Positions 9,715-17,968 of a stretch of 64,000 nucleotides of DNA are shown in pieces; position 1 is the stretch's first letter, and each line of letters begins with the position of its first letter. The position numbers were made by a program, and so were the translations under genes. This DNA is from Candidatus Latescibacterota bacterium (lineage in GTDB: Bacteria; Latescibacterota; UBA2968; UBA8231): NCBI GenBank assembly GCA_965223905.1, contig CBDCXV010000010.1, positions 928,001-992,000 of the forward strand, written 5' to 3'. The notes beneath the pieces were generated by a model, which was not told the origin of the DNA, searched no databases, and saw nothing but the letters and a program-made list of their open reading frames with translations.

Positions 9715-9946
9715 AGCAGACTTTCCCCGCGTCGAAGAATGATAGAATTCGACTAACCCTGTAGCTCCCCAGGGTAGCCGGGTTCAGTCAACTTCCACGT
9801 AAGATTTCGGGAAAGTCTGCCTTATTTGCCACATTCGGGGGGAGATCAAACCCCCTGAACAGGAAAGTCTGGCTATTGTATTCGGGCAGGGACCCGACAC
9901 GAGAGGTTCCTACGTGAAGCTGACTAACGGGAAGAATACGAACTGC

Positions 9947-9974
9947 TTGACATTACCGCAAGGGATATTATCTT
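9947..9974 (+). promoter_or_regulatory. Sigma70-like promoter for a probably leaderless 9981 ORF
   Basis: TTGACA (9947)-16 nt-TATCTT (9969); ATG 7 nt downstream. Confidence 0.45.
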
Positions 9975-9980
9975 ACCAAC

Positions 9981-10226
9981 ATGATTGATAGAATAGTCAG
10001 ACAGACACTGCGCAAACTGCGCGGCCAGGGCATAGACAAGGAAGCTGAAAAGCTGGCTGCCACCTTCTTTGAGCCCGTGAAAAGTAGTGCTAATATGTGT
10101 AGTAAGTGCGGTGCTCGTCCTGCGTTCAAGGGCAATGATTACTGCGTTGAATGCGCTTCTACACAGTCAACTATGTCGCCACAAGTGCATCCGTCAGAAG
10201 TAGAATCAAAGGCAACGCCGGATTAG
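9981..10226 (+). CDS. Small zinc-finger-like hypothetical protein
   Basis: CSKC...CVEC in an 81-aa ORF. Confidence 0.5.
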   Translation: MIDRIVRQTLRKLRGQGIDKEAEKLAATFFEPVKSSANMCSKCGARPAFKGNDYCVECASTQSTMSPQVHPSEVESKATPD

Positions 10227-10342
10227 CCGGGGAGAGAAAATATCCCGGCTGTATAAGAGCACGGCTGGAAACTGGGTGATTCCGAGAGTCAGTTCCCACT
10301 TGCGGGGGTTAGGAGGCCCCACCGTGCCATACAATACTACGC

Positions 10343-11338
10343 CTACCGTTCCCGTATCACAAGGTCACAGTATTTCAACCGCTTACCGATCATTCGGCGG
10401 AATAGGTGTTTCATCTGTTCGTCGGTATCCTCGTTACGGATGTTCGCCTTCCCAACAAACTCGTCAAGATATTTTTGAGCATGTTCTAACGACCACTTGT
10501 AATAGGTGCCGTGGTATGCTCGCTTGACGTGCGCCCAGAAATTTTCCATCCCGTTCGTATGTGACTTGCCGTTCACCCACTGCCTTGCAGTGTGGTTGAC
10601 GTATTCGTTTTTCCGTATCCAGTCAAACCCTATGTAGGCTGTTGCGCTATCGCTGTATAGGGTCCCCTGTCGTCGCATATGTAGCTTTGCGAACGCTTGC
10701 AGTGTTTCCGCATCGTCATTTTCGATGACTTTGACGACGAACTTGCCGGTTTTCCTGTCCTTCATGCCTACGACAAGTGATTTTCCCTGTCGCCAGTCAC
10801 CGCGAAGACGCTTTTTTGAGTGCTTGTTTCCTTCCAATCCGCCGAAATACGCCTCGTCAATCTCGGCTGCTTTGCTCTTGAGCTTATCTTGATCTTCCCA
10901 CCCCTTGCGGATTCGGTGCAGCATGAACCATGCCGTTTTCTGTGACACGTCGATGTCCCGGTGTAGTTTCATCGAGCTTATGCTCTTCAGGCTGGATAGG
11001 TGCAGATAGATCGCAATCACCCATTTTTGGAGCGGAATGTTCGTCCCTTCCATTACGGATTTTGTTCTCACGCTGAAGTATCGGTGACAACCGCCGCACC
11101 AATACGGCATAGGTCGCCGGTTTTTCCGCTTGTGAACGTCGTCCATACTGCCACAATGGGGGCAATACATTCCGATTTCGCCCCATCGCACTTGCTCGAA
11201 CCACTTTTCTGCTGCTTCTTCATCAGGGAATCGTCTGAACAGTTCCGGCAGGGAGATACCCTTACGGGTGCTCTTTCCCGGACCTTCCGGTTTACGATTA
11301 CCGACGTTCGACCACTTACCAAGAAACTTCATTCTCAA
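10343..11338 (-). CDS. IS1595-family (ISXO2-like) DDE transposase
   Basis: Zn ribbon CPHC...CGGC; HTH 'SSMKLHRDIDVSQKTAWFMLHRIR'; catalytic EIDEAY, YSD, HTNGMENFW; YLDEF. Confidence 0.95.
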   Translation of the reverse strand: MRMKFLGKWSNVGNRKPEGPGKSTRKGISLPELFRRFPDEEAAEKWFEQVRWGEIGMYCPHCGSMDDVHKRKNRRPMPYWCGGCHRYFSVRTKSVMEGTNIPLQKWVIAIYLHLSSLKSISSMKLHRDIDVSQKTAWFMLHRIRKGWEDQDKLKSKAAEIDEAYFGGLEGNKHSKKRLRGDWRQGKSLVVGMKDRKTGKFVVKVIENDDAETLQAFAKLHMRRQGTLYSDSATAYIGFDWIRKNEYVNHTARQWVNGKSHTNGMENFWAHVKRAYHGTYYKWSLEHAQKYLDEFVGKANIRNEDTDEQMKHLFRRMIGKRLKYCDLVIRER

Positions 11339-11439
11339 TTTCTCCTTATTAGGGATTGAGGGTGATAGGGGAGAGGGTTTCGTTTGGATGCGGCCCTCTC
11401 CCCGCTATTCATTAGATATAGGTGCGGCACGAAACGGCG

Positions 11440-11655
11440 TCAAAACCCCTGTCCGTCTGACTTGTAGGCCAGGACAAGACCCCTTTCCTGGTGGTGAATG
11501 ATCGCTCCCATCAGACAGAGATACCTTTCGGGCATCGCTCGTTTCCCCTTCTCCCATAGGCATATCTCCGCCTCACTGACCCCAAGGGCGACCCCCAGCT
11601 CCCATTGCTTCATGCCGACAGCATCGCGGGCACACTTCAACTGCGATTGTTCCAT
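11440..11655 (-). CDS. XRE/Cro-like helix-turn-helix regulator
   Basis: LKCARDAVGMKQWELGVALGVSEAEICLWEKGKRAMP; AAAGGA ribosome-binding site. Confidence 0.8.
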   Translation of the reverse strand: MEQSQLKCARDAVGMKQWELGVALGVSEAEICLWEKGKRAMPERYLCLMGAIIHHQERGLVLAYKSDGQGF

Positions 11656-11791
11656 TTGACACGTCCTTTCTGAATGACTATGATGCTGAAAAGGGGACAG
11701 GGAGGACCGGAATCGTCCCCCCTGTCCGAGCGGAATCCGTATTCACAAACCCGGTATTTGTGACAGAACAGGACCCGCTTTCTTTCGGAGG

Positions 11792-12001
11792 CTACTTCCC
11801 ATCGCACCTAATCCAGCCTTCCGGCTTTTGAGATACGGTCGTGATTTCTGACAGCCTGAACACCAGCTCACGTATCGTCCCGCCGTGCTCCTGGCGGTGC
11901 TGCGTTGCTTCGGGCAAGGTCTCAAAACGGTGCACCTTGCTTTCTTTTACTACAATCCACCGACGTATTACCCAGCTCGGTAGGTTCACTTCATCGGGCA
12001 T
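11792..12001 (-). CDS. Small hypothetical cargo protein
   Basis: AAGGAG ribosome-binding site; 69 aa. Confidence 0.5.
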   Translation of the reverse strand: MPDEVNLPSWVIRRWIVVKESKVHRFETLPEATQHRQEHGGTIRELVFRLSEITTVSQKPEGWIRCDGK

Positions 12002-12147
12002 TAGACACTCCTTTCTATTGGGGTTATGTGGCGCAGTTCTTGTGCTGGCTATGGCTGCACAATTGGCGACAGCCCATAAAGATGAAGTGTCTTGGGCACT
12101 CGGTCTGGACCTACCGGTGAAAACATTTTAATTGCGGCTGATTAACA

Positions 12148-12360
12148 ATGGAAGAATTAATAGCAGGTGGTTCTTTTTTAATAGCTCTTATTGGATTGGT
12201 GTGGCAGATTAGATCCGGAAACAGAAAAATAATCGAGCAAATTAACACGAGTAATGTGATAATAGAGGTTCGCAATACGTCTACTGAGAAAAAGGGAGGC
12301 AATCTAAGTGCCAATATACAAGCAGAAACAGTTCATATCTATCAGGGGGGGGTATCCTAA
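12148..12360 (+). CDS. Small N-terminal TM hypothetical protein
   Basis: LIAGGSFLIALIGLVW; stop directly abuts the next ATG. Confidence 0.5.
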   Translation: MEELIAGGSFLIALIGLVWQIRSGNRKIIEQINTSNVIIEVRNTSTEKKGGNLSANIQAETVHIYQGGVS

Positions 12361-12822
12361 ATGAGCCACTTATTTCACATAGTTTTAAATACAGGGTCAG
12401 TGTCTGTTTCTACCAAGTACGAAGATATAGAGGTAATCGGAAAGATTAATCCTTGTTCTCAAGTTCAGATAGAAAACCTACAATTCGAGGGGTCATCTTT
12501 TTTTAGCTGGTTCCAAGAGAAAAATGTATTGTCGTTTGATTTGAGATTGCGCGGCAAATGTGTTGGAAACTGTTGGTGTGTTCAGAAAAAAGGGACTCAT
12601 ATAAGGAGGGTATTAGATGACATCAAACAAGCTCATCCAGGATCCTATACAGATAAGTTAGTTGACTTGCCTGTCCCTTGGATTGCTCTATGGCTGATTC
12701 AGGAAAATTGGGATAAGGCCGAAGATGCGTTCCTGATTTCTCCTTATATGTTGCGAGAGGTGCGCGACTGGATTGACAACAGAAGACGTTCGGTTAGGGA
12801 GGAGGTAGTAACTCATGATTAG
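12361..12822 (+). CDS. Hypothetical cargo protein
   Basis: 153-aa ORF in AT-rich DNA with a G-rich ribosome-binding site. Confidence 0.55.
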   Translation: MSHLFHIVLNTGSVSVSTKYEDIEVIGKINPCSQVQIENLQFEGSSFFSWFQEKNVLSFDLRLRGKCVGNCWCVQKKGTHIRRVLDDIKQAHPGSYTDKLVDLPVPWIALWLIQENWDKAEDAFLISPYMLREVRDWIDNRRRSVREEVVTHD

Positions 12823-12852
12823 TGCGGCTGATTAGCGAAACTCCCCCTTTTC

Positions 12853-12861
12853 TGGTATAAT
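12853..12861 (+). promoter_or_regulatory. Extended -10 promoter upstream of the 13015 gene pair
   Basis: TGgTATAAT, followed by hairpin AGAGGATCACGTTTAGAACGCGGTTCTCT. Confidence 0.45.
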
Positions 12862-13014
12862 ACTATAGAGGATCACGTTTAGAACGCGGTTCTCTGTTTT
12901 GCTACCTTCGATTTTTCTAACCGTCAGGTGTATAATCGTCCCTCTAATATTACGGATAAATGGTGTAGAGCGAACCTCAGTAGGCAGGTCCCCAGGTAGG
13001 ACTCGACTTCCCCT

Positions 13015-13554
13015 ATGAATGGCATAAGGTCTTATTTATCTGAGGTTTTTTGGAAAACACCTGGGAGGTTTATTTTTCTTGCAACTGCTGTCATTACAAT
13101 TGGCCAATGGTTTATTGACATTGGAGATACCTGGACGCTTGAAAGAAAGGCATTCTCATCGGCAATTTTATTCTTGGGAGTTCTGAGTTTTGGAACGGTT
13201 CGTGCATCCTATTCGATGCACACAAGAACGAATCAGATTTTGTCTGCACAAGAGACAGCTGCCTACTTGCCTGTAAAAACCATAATCTCTGGACCGTTTC
13301 GTGTTGCGGTTATTTTGGATACAAGTGATACAGTGTTTATTGGAGATGTATTAAGCATATTTAATACTATTGGAGATGCAGAGTTTCCTGTCTGCGTTAT
13401 ATCAATAGATGCTGTCACCGACAAAGGATTTCTGCAGGGGTCATTGGTTCCCCCACAAAGCGATGAATCCCTGTCTGAATTTTTAAACGAACCGGAAAGA
13501 TTAACAGCGAAACGCAGTATAACCATAAGAGATATAGAATGCCTCAACGCATAG
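13015..13554 (+). CDS. Two-TM protein with C-terminal beta-rich domain
   Basis: Two hydrophobic segments, then VILDTSDTVFIGDVLSIF; overlaps the next gene. Confidence 0.65.
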   Translation: MNGIRSYLSEVFWKTPGRFIFLATAVITIGQWFIDIGDTWTLERKAFSSAILFLGVLSFGTVRASYSMHTRTNQILSAQETAAYLPVKTIISGPFRVAVILDTSDTVFIGDVLSIFNTIGDAEFPVCVISIDAVTDKGFLQGSLVPPQSDESLSEFLNEPERLTAKRSITIRDIECLNA

Positions 13555-13967
13555 ATGTAAGACACGACGCTGTTGTTGCAAAGGCTTTAAATAATGAGCG
13601 TCGAGTTGTGCTCAATAAAGGATCAAATGATGGGATTCAAAAAGGAGATGATTTTATTGTATTCGGCTCTGGAAATGAAATTGTTGATCCAAGCACAGGG
13701 ATAAGTCTCGGCATTCTTGAAGAAATTAAGGGGAAGGGTAGGGTTATACATGTTCAAGAAAAAATGTGCACTATTGAAACTTATGAATATGATAATGAAA
13801 TTGTTTCTAACTCCCTTGGGGTATATTCATTTTTTGGCCCAAGAAAAGTTAGAGTTTATCGAGATTTTGAAGACATAGAAGTTGGCGACTTAGCTCGAAA
13901 AATTAGATATAAAACCTCCCCGAAGCAGTTGGCCACAGTGGCGGCTACTACGACTCAGGAAGATTGA
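13539..13967 (+). CDS. FlgT C-terminal-like beta-barrel protein
   Basis: VVLNKGSNDGIQKGDDFIVF...EIVDPSTGISLG...GKGRVIHVQEK pattern. Confidence 0.7.
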   Translation: MPQRIDVRHDAVVAKALNNERRVVLNKGSNDGIQKGDDFIVFGSGNEIVDPSTGISLGILEEIKGKGRVIHVQEKMCTIETYEYDNEIVSNSLGVYSFFGPRKVRVYRDFEDIEVGDLARKIRYKTSPKQLATVAATTTQED

Positions 13968-14001
13968 ATTGCCACGTATTAAACCTTCTTCAGTATCTCA
14001 A

Positions 14002-14048
14002 TTATGACGTATAGAATTCAGGCTCTTATGACGATAGAATTCAGGCTC
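14002..14048 (+). repeat. Tandem 24/23-bp duplication
   Basis: TTATGACGTATAGAATTCAGGCTC then TTATGACG-ATAGAATTCAGGCTC. Confidence 0.9.
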
Positions 14049-14164
14049 TTTCTCTTTCGCGTAGGATCGTTTATGTCGGGTTCCTGGCTGAATACAACGG
14101 GTGGCTGGCGGTGGTGTTAGAACTAACGCTTGAACTGATACGAATTATATTTAATCGGTGAAGG

Positions 14165-14674
14165 TAGGGGAGACGCCGCAATGGACGCCTCCCCGTTGGT
14201 GACCCCTTTCATTTCCTCGCTCTACGGGAGCGCCTAACCCGGAGGCAATGGTTGGGTCTGTTGCATGCAGGATGCTGCGGCTGGGATTCTGAGGCATTAA
14301 TTTCCAGAGAGAAGCGAGCTGCTTCCCTACTGGGATCTTGGCGTTTTTGTAGGAACGTGCACAAGTATCTTGTGCTGGGGTTGATGCCTCTTCCCCCGCA
14401 GTGTCTTGCATACAAAGGTCATACATACATATCTGCTTTGTGCGGGTATGTCAACTAACAACGTAGGCGAGCGATGAAGCGGCTTCAAACCGCGTTAGCC
14501 ACCTACAGCGGGCAACTGAGATACATCAACCGAGCGGGGATTTGCGGTCCCCGGATGCCTCATAGCCTGCCATAGCGGAAGTGTTCGGGGAAGGGCTAAA
14601 CCGGCGGACTCTGGACACTGAAACAGCTACCCTATCTGTGACTGGATTTCGTCAAAAATCCACCGTCGCGGGTG
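14165..14674 (+). ncRNA. Candidate large structured RNA at the transposon right end
   Basis: Long nested stems with many G.U pairs on the + strand (14261-14280/14396-14415; 14291-14307/14375-14390), further hairpins up to the inverted repeat, and no credible ORF. Confidence 0.5.
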
Positions 14675-14719
14675 CAAAATCTCTGCGTTCAGCAGATTGT
14701 AGTAGGGGTTATAAGTTCC
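14675..14719 (-). repeat. Right terminal inverted repeat (45 bp)
   Basis: Exact reverse complement of 7721-7765. Confidence 0.97.
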
Positions 14720-15589
14720 GTCGTAGTCCTCCGGCTCGTACACGCGCACCCCGCACAGCCTCAGCTCGCGCCAGAAGAAGCGGAACAGGTCGATTTTCGG
14801 GGGATCGGCAAAAATGGCGACGACGACGATGCGACCGCGCGTGCGCACCAACTCCGTCATCACCCGGGCCCCCTCCTGGGTGCCGGAGACCTCGAACAGC
14901 ACGTCGGCGCCACCCGGGCTGTGCTCCTCCACGGCCCCGGCGAGATCGCGGGCGCGCGGGTCCACCGTCTCGAAACCGAGATCGCGGGCGAACTGCACCC
15001 GGTACGGGTTGACCTCGGCCAGCAGCACCTCGGCCCCGGCGTGGCGGCAGACCAGGGCTACCAGGGTTCCGATCGGGCCGCCGCCGATGACGACCGCCCG
15101 CTCCCCCGGTTTCACCTCGCCGAGACGGACGTCGTGGCAGGCCACGGCCAGCGGCTCGATCAGGGCCGCCAGCTCCATCGAGATGCCCTCGGGCAGCCGG
15201 TGCAGGGTGTGCGCCGGCACCGTCCAGGAGGCCTGGAAGGCCCCGGGGCTGTCGATGCCTATGAAGTTGAGATTCTGGCAGATGTGCTCGTGGCCGCGGC
15301 GGCAGGCCGGGCAGCCATGGCACGGCTCCAGCGGGCGCACGACGACCCCGTCCCCCGCGGCCCAGCCGCCGACCCCGGGACCGGTCTCGGCGATCGTCCC
15401 GGACATCTCGTGACCGATCACCAGCGGCGTGCTCACGCGCTGATCCATGTGGCCCTGGAAGATGTGCAGGTCGGTCCCGCACACGCCGCACCAGGCGACG
15501 TCGACGCGGACCTGTCCGGCCCCCGGGGCCACCGGCTCACACGGCCCCACTCCGATCTTCTTGCCGCCCTCGTAGAACGCCGCTTTCAC
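14720..15589 (-). pseudogene. 5' part of the interrupted Zn-dependent dehydrogenase (sorbitol/threonine dehydrogenase-like)
   Basis: CGTDLH, GHE, CxxCxxC...C, GGGPIG motifs; breaks after VYEPEDYD at the element end. Confidence 0.92.
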
Positions 15590-15751
15590 GGTTGCCCCTC
15601 TCCTTGCGAAACCCCTGCGGCGACTCCGCGCCGCCGCAGGGGCAGATAATAGCGACGACGCCAGATGGTCTCAATCGGGACCCGGGTCCCTGGGGACCCG
15701 GCAGGTTGCGGCCCCTGTCCTGCTGCCGCAGCCGGTCCGCAGGGCAGGTAC

Positions 15752-15786
15752 AAAAAAAACAGGGGGCAACCAAGGTTGCCCCCTGT
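15752..15786 (-). terminator. Intrinsic terminator
   Basis: ACAGGGGGCAACC-AA-GGTTGCCCCCTGT perfect stem with a U8 tail on the minus strand. Confidence 0.85.
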
Positions 15787-15924
15787 CAGGGAAAAGAAGC
15801 CGGACGGGGGAGAAAATGTCCGTCCGGCGAAGGGCATCCGGCACGAGGCGACCCTGCCGGACGCCCACCACCCGTTTCCGGGTGGAATCGGCGCCAGGAT
15901 CGCTCCCGGCGTCGATGTGGGGAT
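15752..15924 (-). ncRNA. Candidate ~173-nt structured sRNA or attenuated leader
   Basis: Bounded by a promoter and a terminator; consecutive hairpins including GCGA and GAAA tetraloops. Confidence 0.6.
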
Positions 15925-15930
15925 GGGCAA

Positions 15931-15959
15931 ATCCTACGAAGCGGACCGGTGAAAGTCAA
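15931..15959 (-). promoter_or_regulatory. Sigma70-type promoter
   Basis: Minus strand TTGACT-17 nt-TAGGAT; predicted +1 A near 15924. Confidence 0.7.
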
Positions 15960-16146
15960 GCAAAAGAAAGGCCGACAGGATCGCCTCTGTCCTGCCGGCC
16001 CGGAACAAAGCTCGGCACCCGAAAGGGTGACTGGCTTTATGTTTGGAACAGCCCAATACTACTTGCATCCCGCTTTCTTGTCAAGCGAAAATCTAGGCCT
16101 AGGTCTTGTTTTTTATGCGGTTGTACCCTGTCGGTTCAAGCTGGAG

Positions 16147-16779
16147 ATGAGCGGAACCGTCTTCTACATCGGCGATCCGATGTGCTCCTGGTGCTGGGGA
16201 TTCGGCCCCGCCCTCGCCGCGGTCGAGGCGGGGCTGCCGGCTGAAGTCCCCATGCGCTACGTCATGGGCGGCCTGGCCCCCGACTCGGACGAACCGATGG
16301 CGCCGGAGGTGCGCGCCTACGTGCAGGAGAACTGGCGCGCCGTCGAGGCCGGGACCGGGGCTTCCTTCAACTGGGATTTCTGGGAGCGCTGCCTCCCTAG
16401 GCGCTCCACCTACCCCGCCTGCCGGGCGGTCCTCGCCGCCCAGCTGCAGGACGCGGGGCCGGCGATGTTCCGCGCCGTCCAGAGAGCCTACTACACCGAG
16501 GCGCGCAATCCGTCCGACCTCGAGACCCTCACATCCCTGGCCGCGGAACTCGGGCTCGACGCCGCCCGCTTCGAGCGGGATATCGCCTCCCCCGAGGTCG
16601 AAGCGCTGCTGCAGCGGGACTTCGAGACGCGCCGCCGGCTGGGAGTCCGCGAGTTTCCCACCCTGCTGATCGAATCCCCGGCAGGCTCCGGGAAGAAGGT
16701 CCTGCTCGCCCGCGGCTGGGCGGAGCCCCGCGCCGTCCTCGCCGCCCTCCGCAGGGCCCTGGGCGCCGCGGCTGACTGA
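16147..16779 (+). CDS. DsbA-family thioredoxin-fold protein
   Basis: DPMCSWCWGF and FPT motifs. Confidence 0.9.
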   Translation: MSGTVFYIGDPMCSWCWGFGPALAAVEAGLPAEVPMRYVMGGLAPDSDEPMAPEVRAYVQENWRAVEAGTGASFNWDFWERCLPRRSTYPACRAVLAAQLQDAGPAMFRAVQRAYYTEARNPSDLETLTSLAAELGLDAARFERDIASPEVEALLQRDFETRRRLGVREFPTLLIESPAGSGKKVLLARGWAEPRAVLAALRRALGAAAD

Positions 16780-16966
16780 GGGGCCGCGGCGGCTTATGTT
16801 CCCCTCCCGCCGCCAGCGGCAGGGCGCATCCGCGCTCCGCCCCTCCGGCGGGCCGGTCTCAGCACTGAGCCGCCACCCGGTCCGGATCGACCTGGTCGGC
16901 ACCGGTCGTTCGGCCTCGCCTACAGGGGGGGTTCCCAAGGCTGGCGAATTCTCCGGGAGTGGAGAG

Positions 16967-17956
16967 ATGAGCTCTGAAAGATTCCTGATCACCGGCGCCT
17001 ACGGCTGCGTCGGAGCCTGGGCCGCGCGCCTCCTGGTCGCCGAGGGGGTCCCGGTCTGGACCTACGACCTGGGCGGCGACCCGCATCGCCTGCGCCTGGT
17101 GATGGGGAACGACGAGATGGCCGCGGTCCACCTCGATACCGGCGACATCACCGACGCGGCCGCCTTCGACCGCGTCGTCGCCGACAACGGCATCACCCAC
17201 ATCGTTCACCTCGCCGCCCTGCAGGTCCCCTTGGTGCGCGCCGACCCGGTGGCCGGGGCCGCGGTCAACGTCGTCGGCACGACGGTCGTCCTCGAAACCG
17301 CCAGGCGCCGCGCCGACCAGGTGCGCGGCGTCGCCTTCGCCAGCTCCTTCGGAGTGTACGGCGACCCCGGGAACTACCCGCCCGGACCGATCGCCCACGA
17401 CGCGCCGCTGACGCCGCCGACCTTGTACGGGGTCTTCAAGCAGGCGAACGAGGGGACCGCGGCGGTGTACTGGCGCGAGAACGGGTTGCCGTCGATCGGG
17501 CTGAGACCCTGCGTCGTCTACGGCCCCGGCAGGGACCAAGGCTGGACCTCGACGCCGACCAAGGCGATGCTCGCCGCGGCGCTCGGCCGCGACTACCGCA
17601 TCACCTACGGGGGAACCCTCGTCTACCACCACGCCGAGGACGTCGCCGCGGCGATGATCCTGGGGGCGCGCACCCGGCTCGAAGGGGCGCCGGTCTACAA
17701 CCTCGGGGGCAGCACCGCCCACATGCGGGATATCGTCGCCGCCATCGAGGAGGCGGTGCCCGACGCCAGGGGCAGGATCAGCTTCGATCCTGCTGCCCTG
17801 CCCCATCCCTCCGAAGTCGACGACTCGCAGCTCAGCGCCGACATCCCCGGCATCCGCTGGCGCTCCCTCGGCGACGGGGTGCGCGACTCGGTCGAGCTCT
17901 TCCGCAGGGCGGTTGCCGCCGGCCGCATCGACGTCGAGCGCGCCCTCTCCCAGTAG
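16967..17956 (+). CDS. NAD-dependent epimerase/dehydratase
   Basis: ITGAYGCVG, VHLAA, YGVFK. Confidence 0.9.
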   Translation: MSSERFLITGAYGCVGAWAARLLVAEGVPVWTYDLGGDPHRLRLVMGNDEMAAVHLDTGDITDAAAFDRVVADNGITHIVHLAALQVPLVRADPVAGAAVNVVGTTVVLETARRRADQVRGVAFASSFGVYGDPGNYPPGPIAHDAPLTPPTLYGVFKQANEGTAAVYWRENGLPSIGLRPCVVYGPGRDQGWTSTPTKAMLAAALGRDYRITYGGTLVYHHAEDVAAAMILGARTRLEGAPVYNLGGSTAHMRDIVAAIEEAVPDARGRISFDPAALPHPSEVDDSQLSADIPGIRWRSLGDGVRDSVELFRRAVAAGRIDVERALSQ

Positions 17957-17968
17957 GCCCCCCGGCTT

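Larger units (their letters stand above)
7721..14719. mobile_element. IS1595-family cargo transposon, 6999 bp
   Basis: Perfect 45-bp terminal inverted repeats; 8-bp direct repeat GTCGTAGT at 7713-7720 and 14720-14727; internal IS1595-type transposase; sharp drop in GC; interrupted host gene. Confidence 0.93.

Noticed and set aside
14002-14048. Possible CRISPR or iteron array
   Set aside because: Only two abutting copies with no spacer; no cas or rep genes seen.
7721-14719. Prophage or integron interpretation of the low-GC insert
   Set aside because: No integrase, structural genes or attC sites seen; inverted repeats, 8-bp duplication and DDE transposase explain it.
15752-15924. 6S RNA, SRP RNA or tRNA assignment
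   Set aside because: Length fits 6S, but it folds as consecutive hairpins rather than one long rod; no SRP or tRNA consensus seen.
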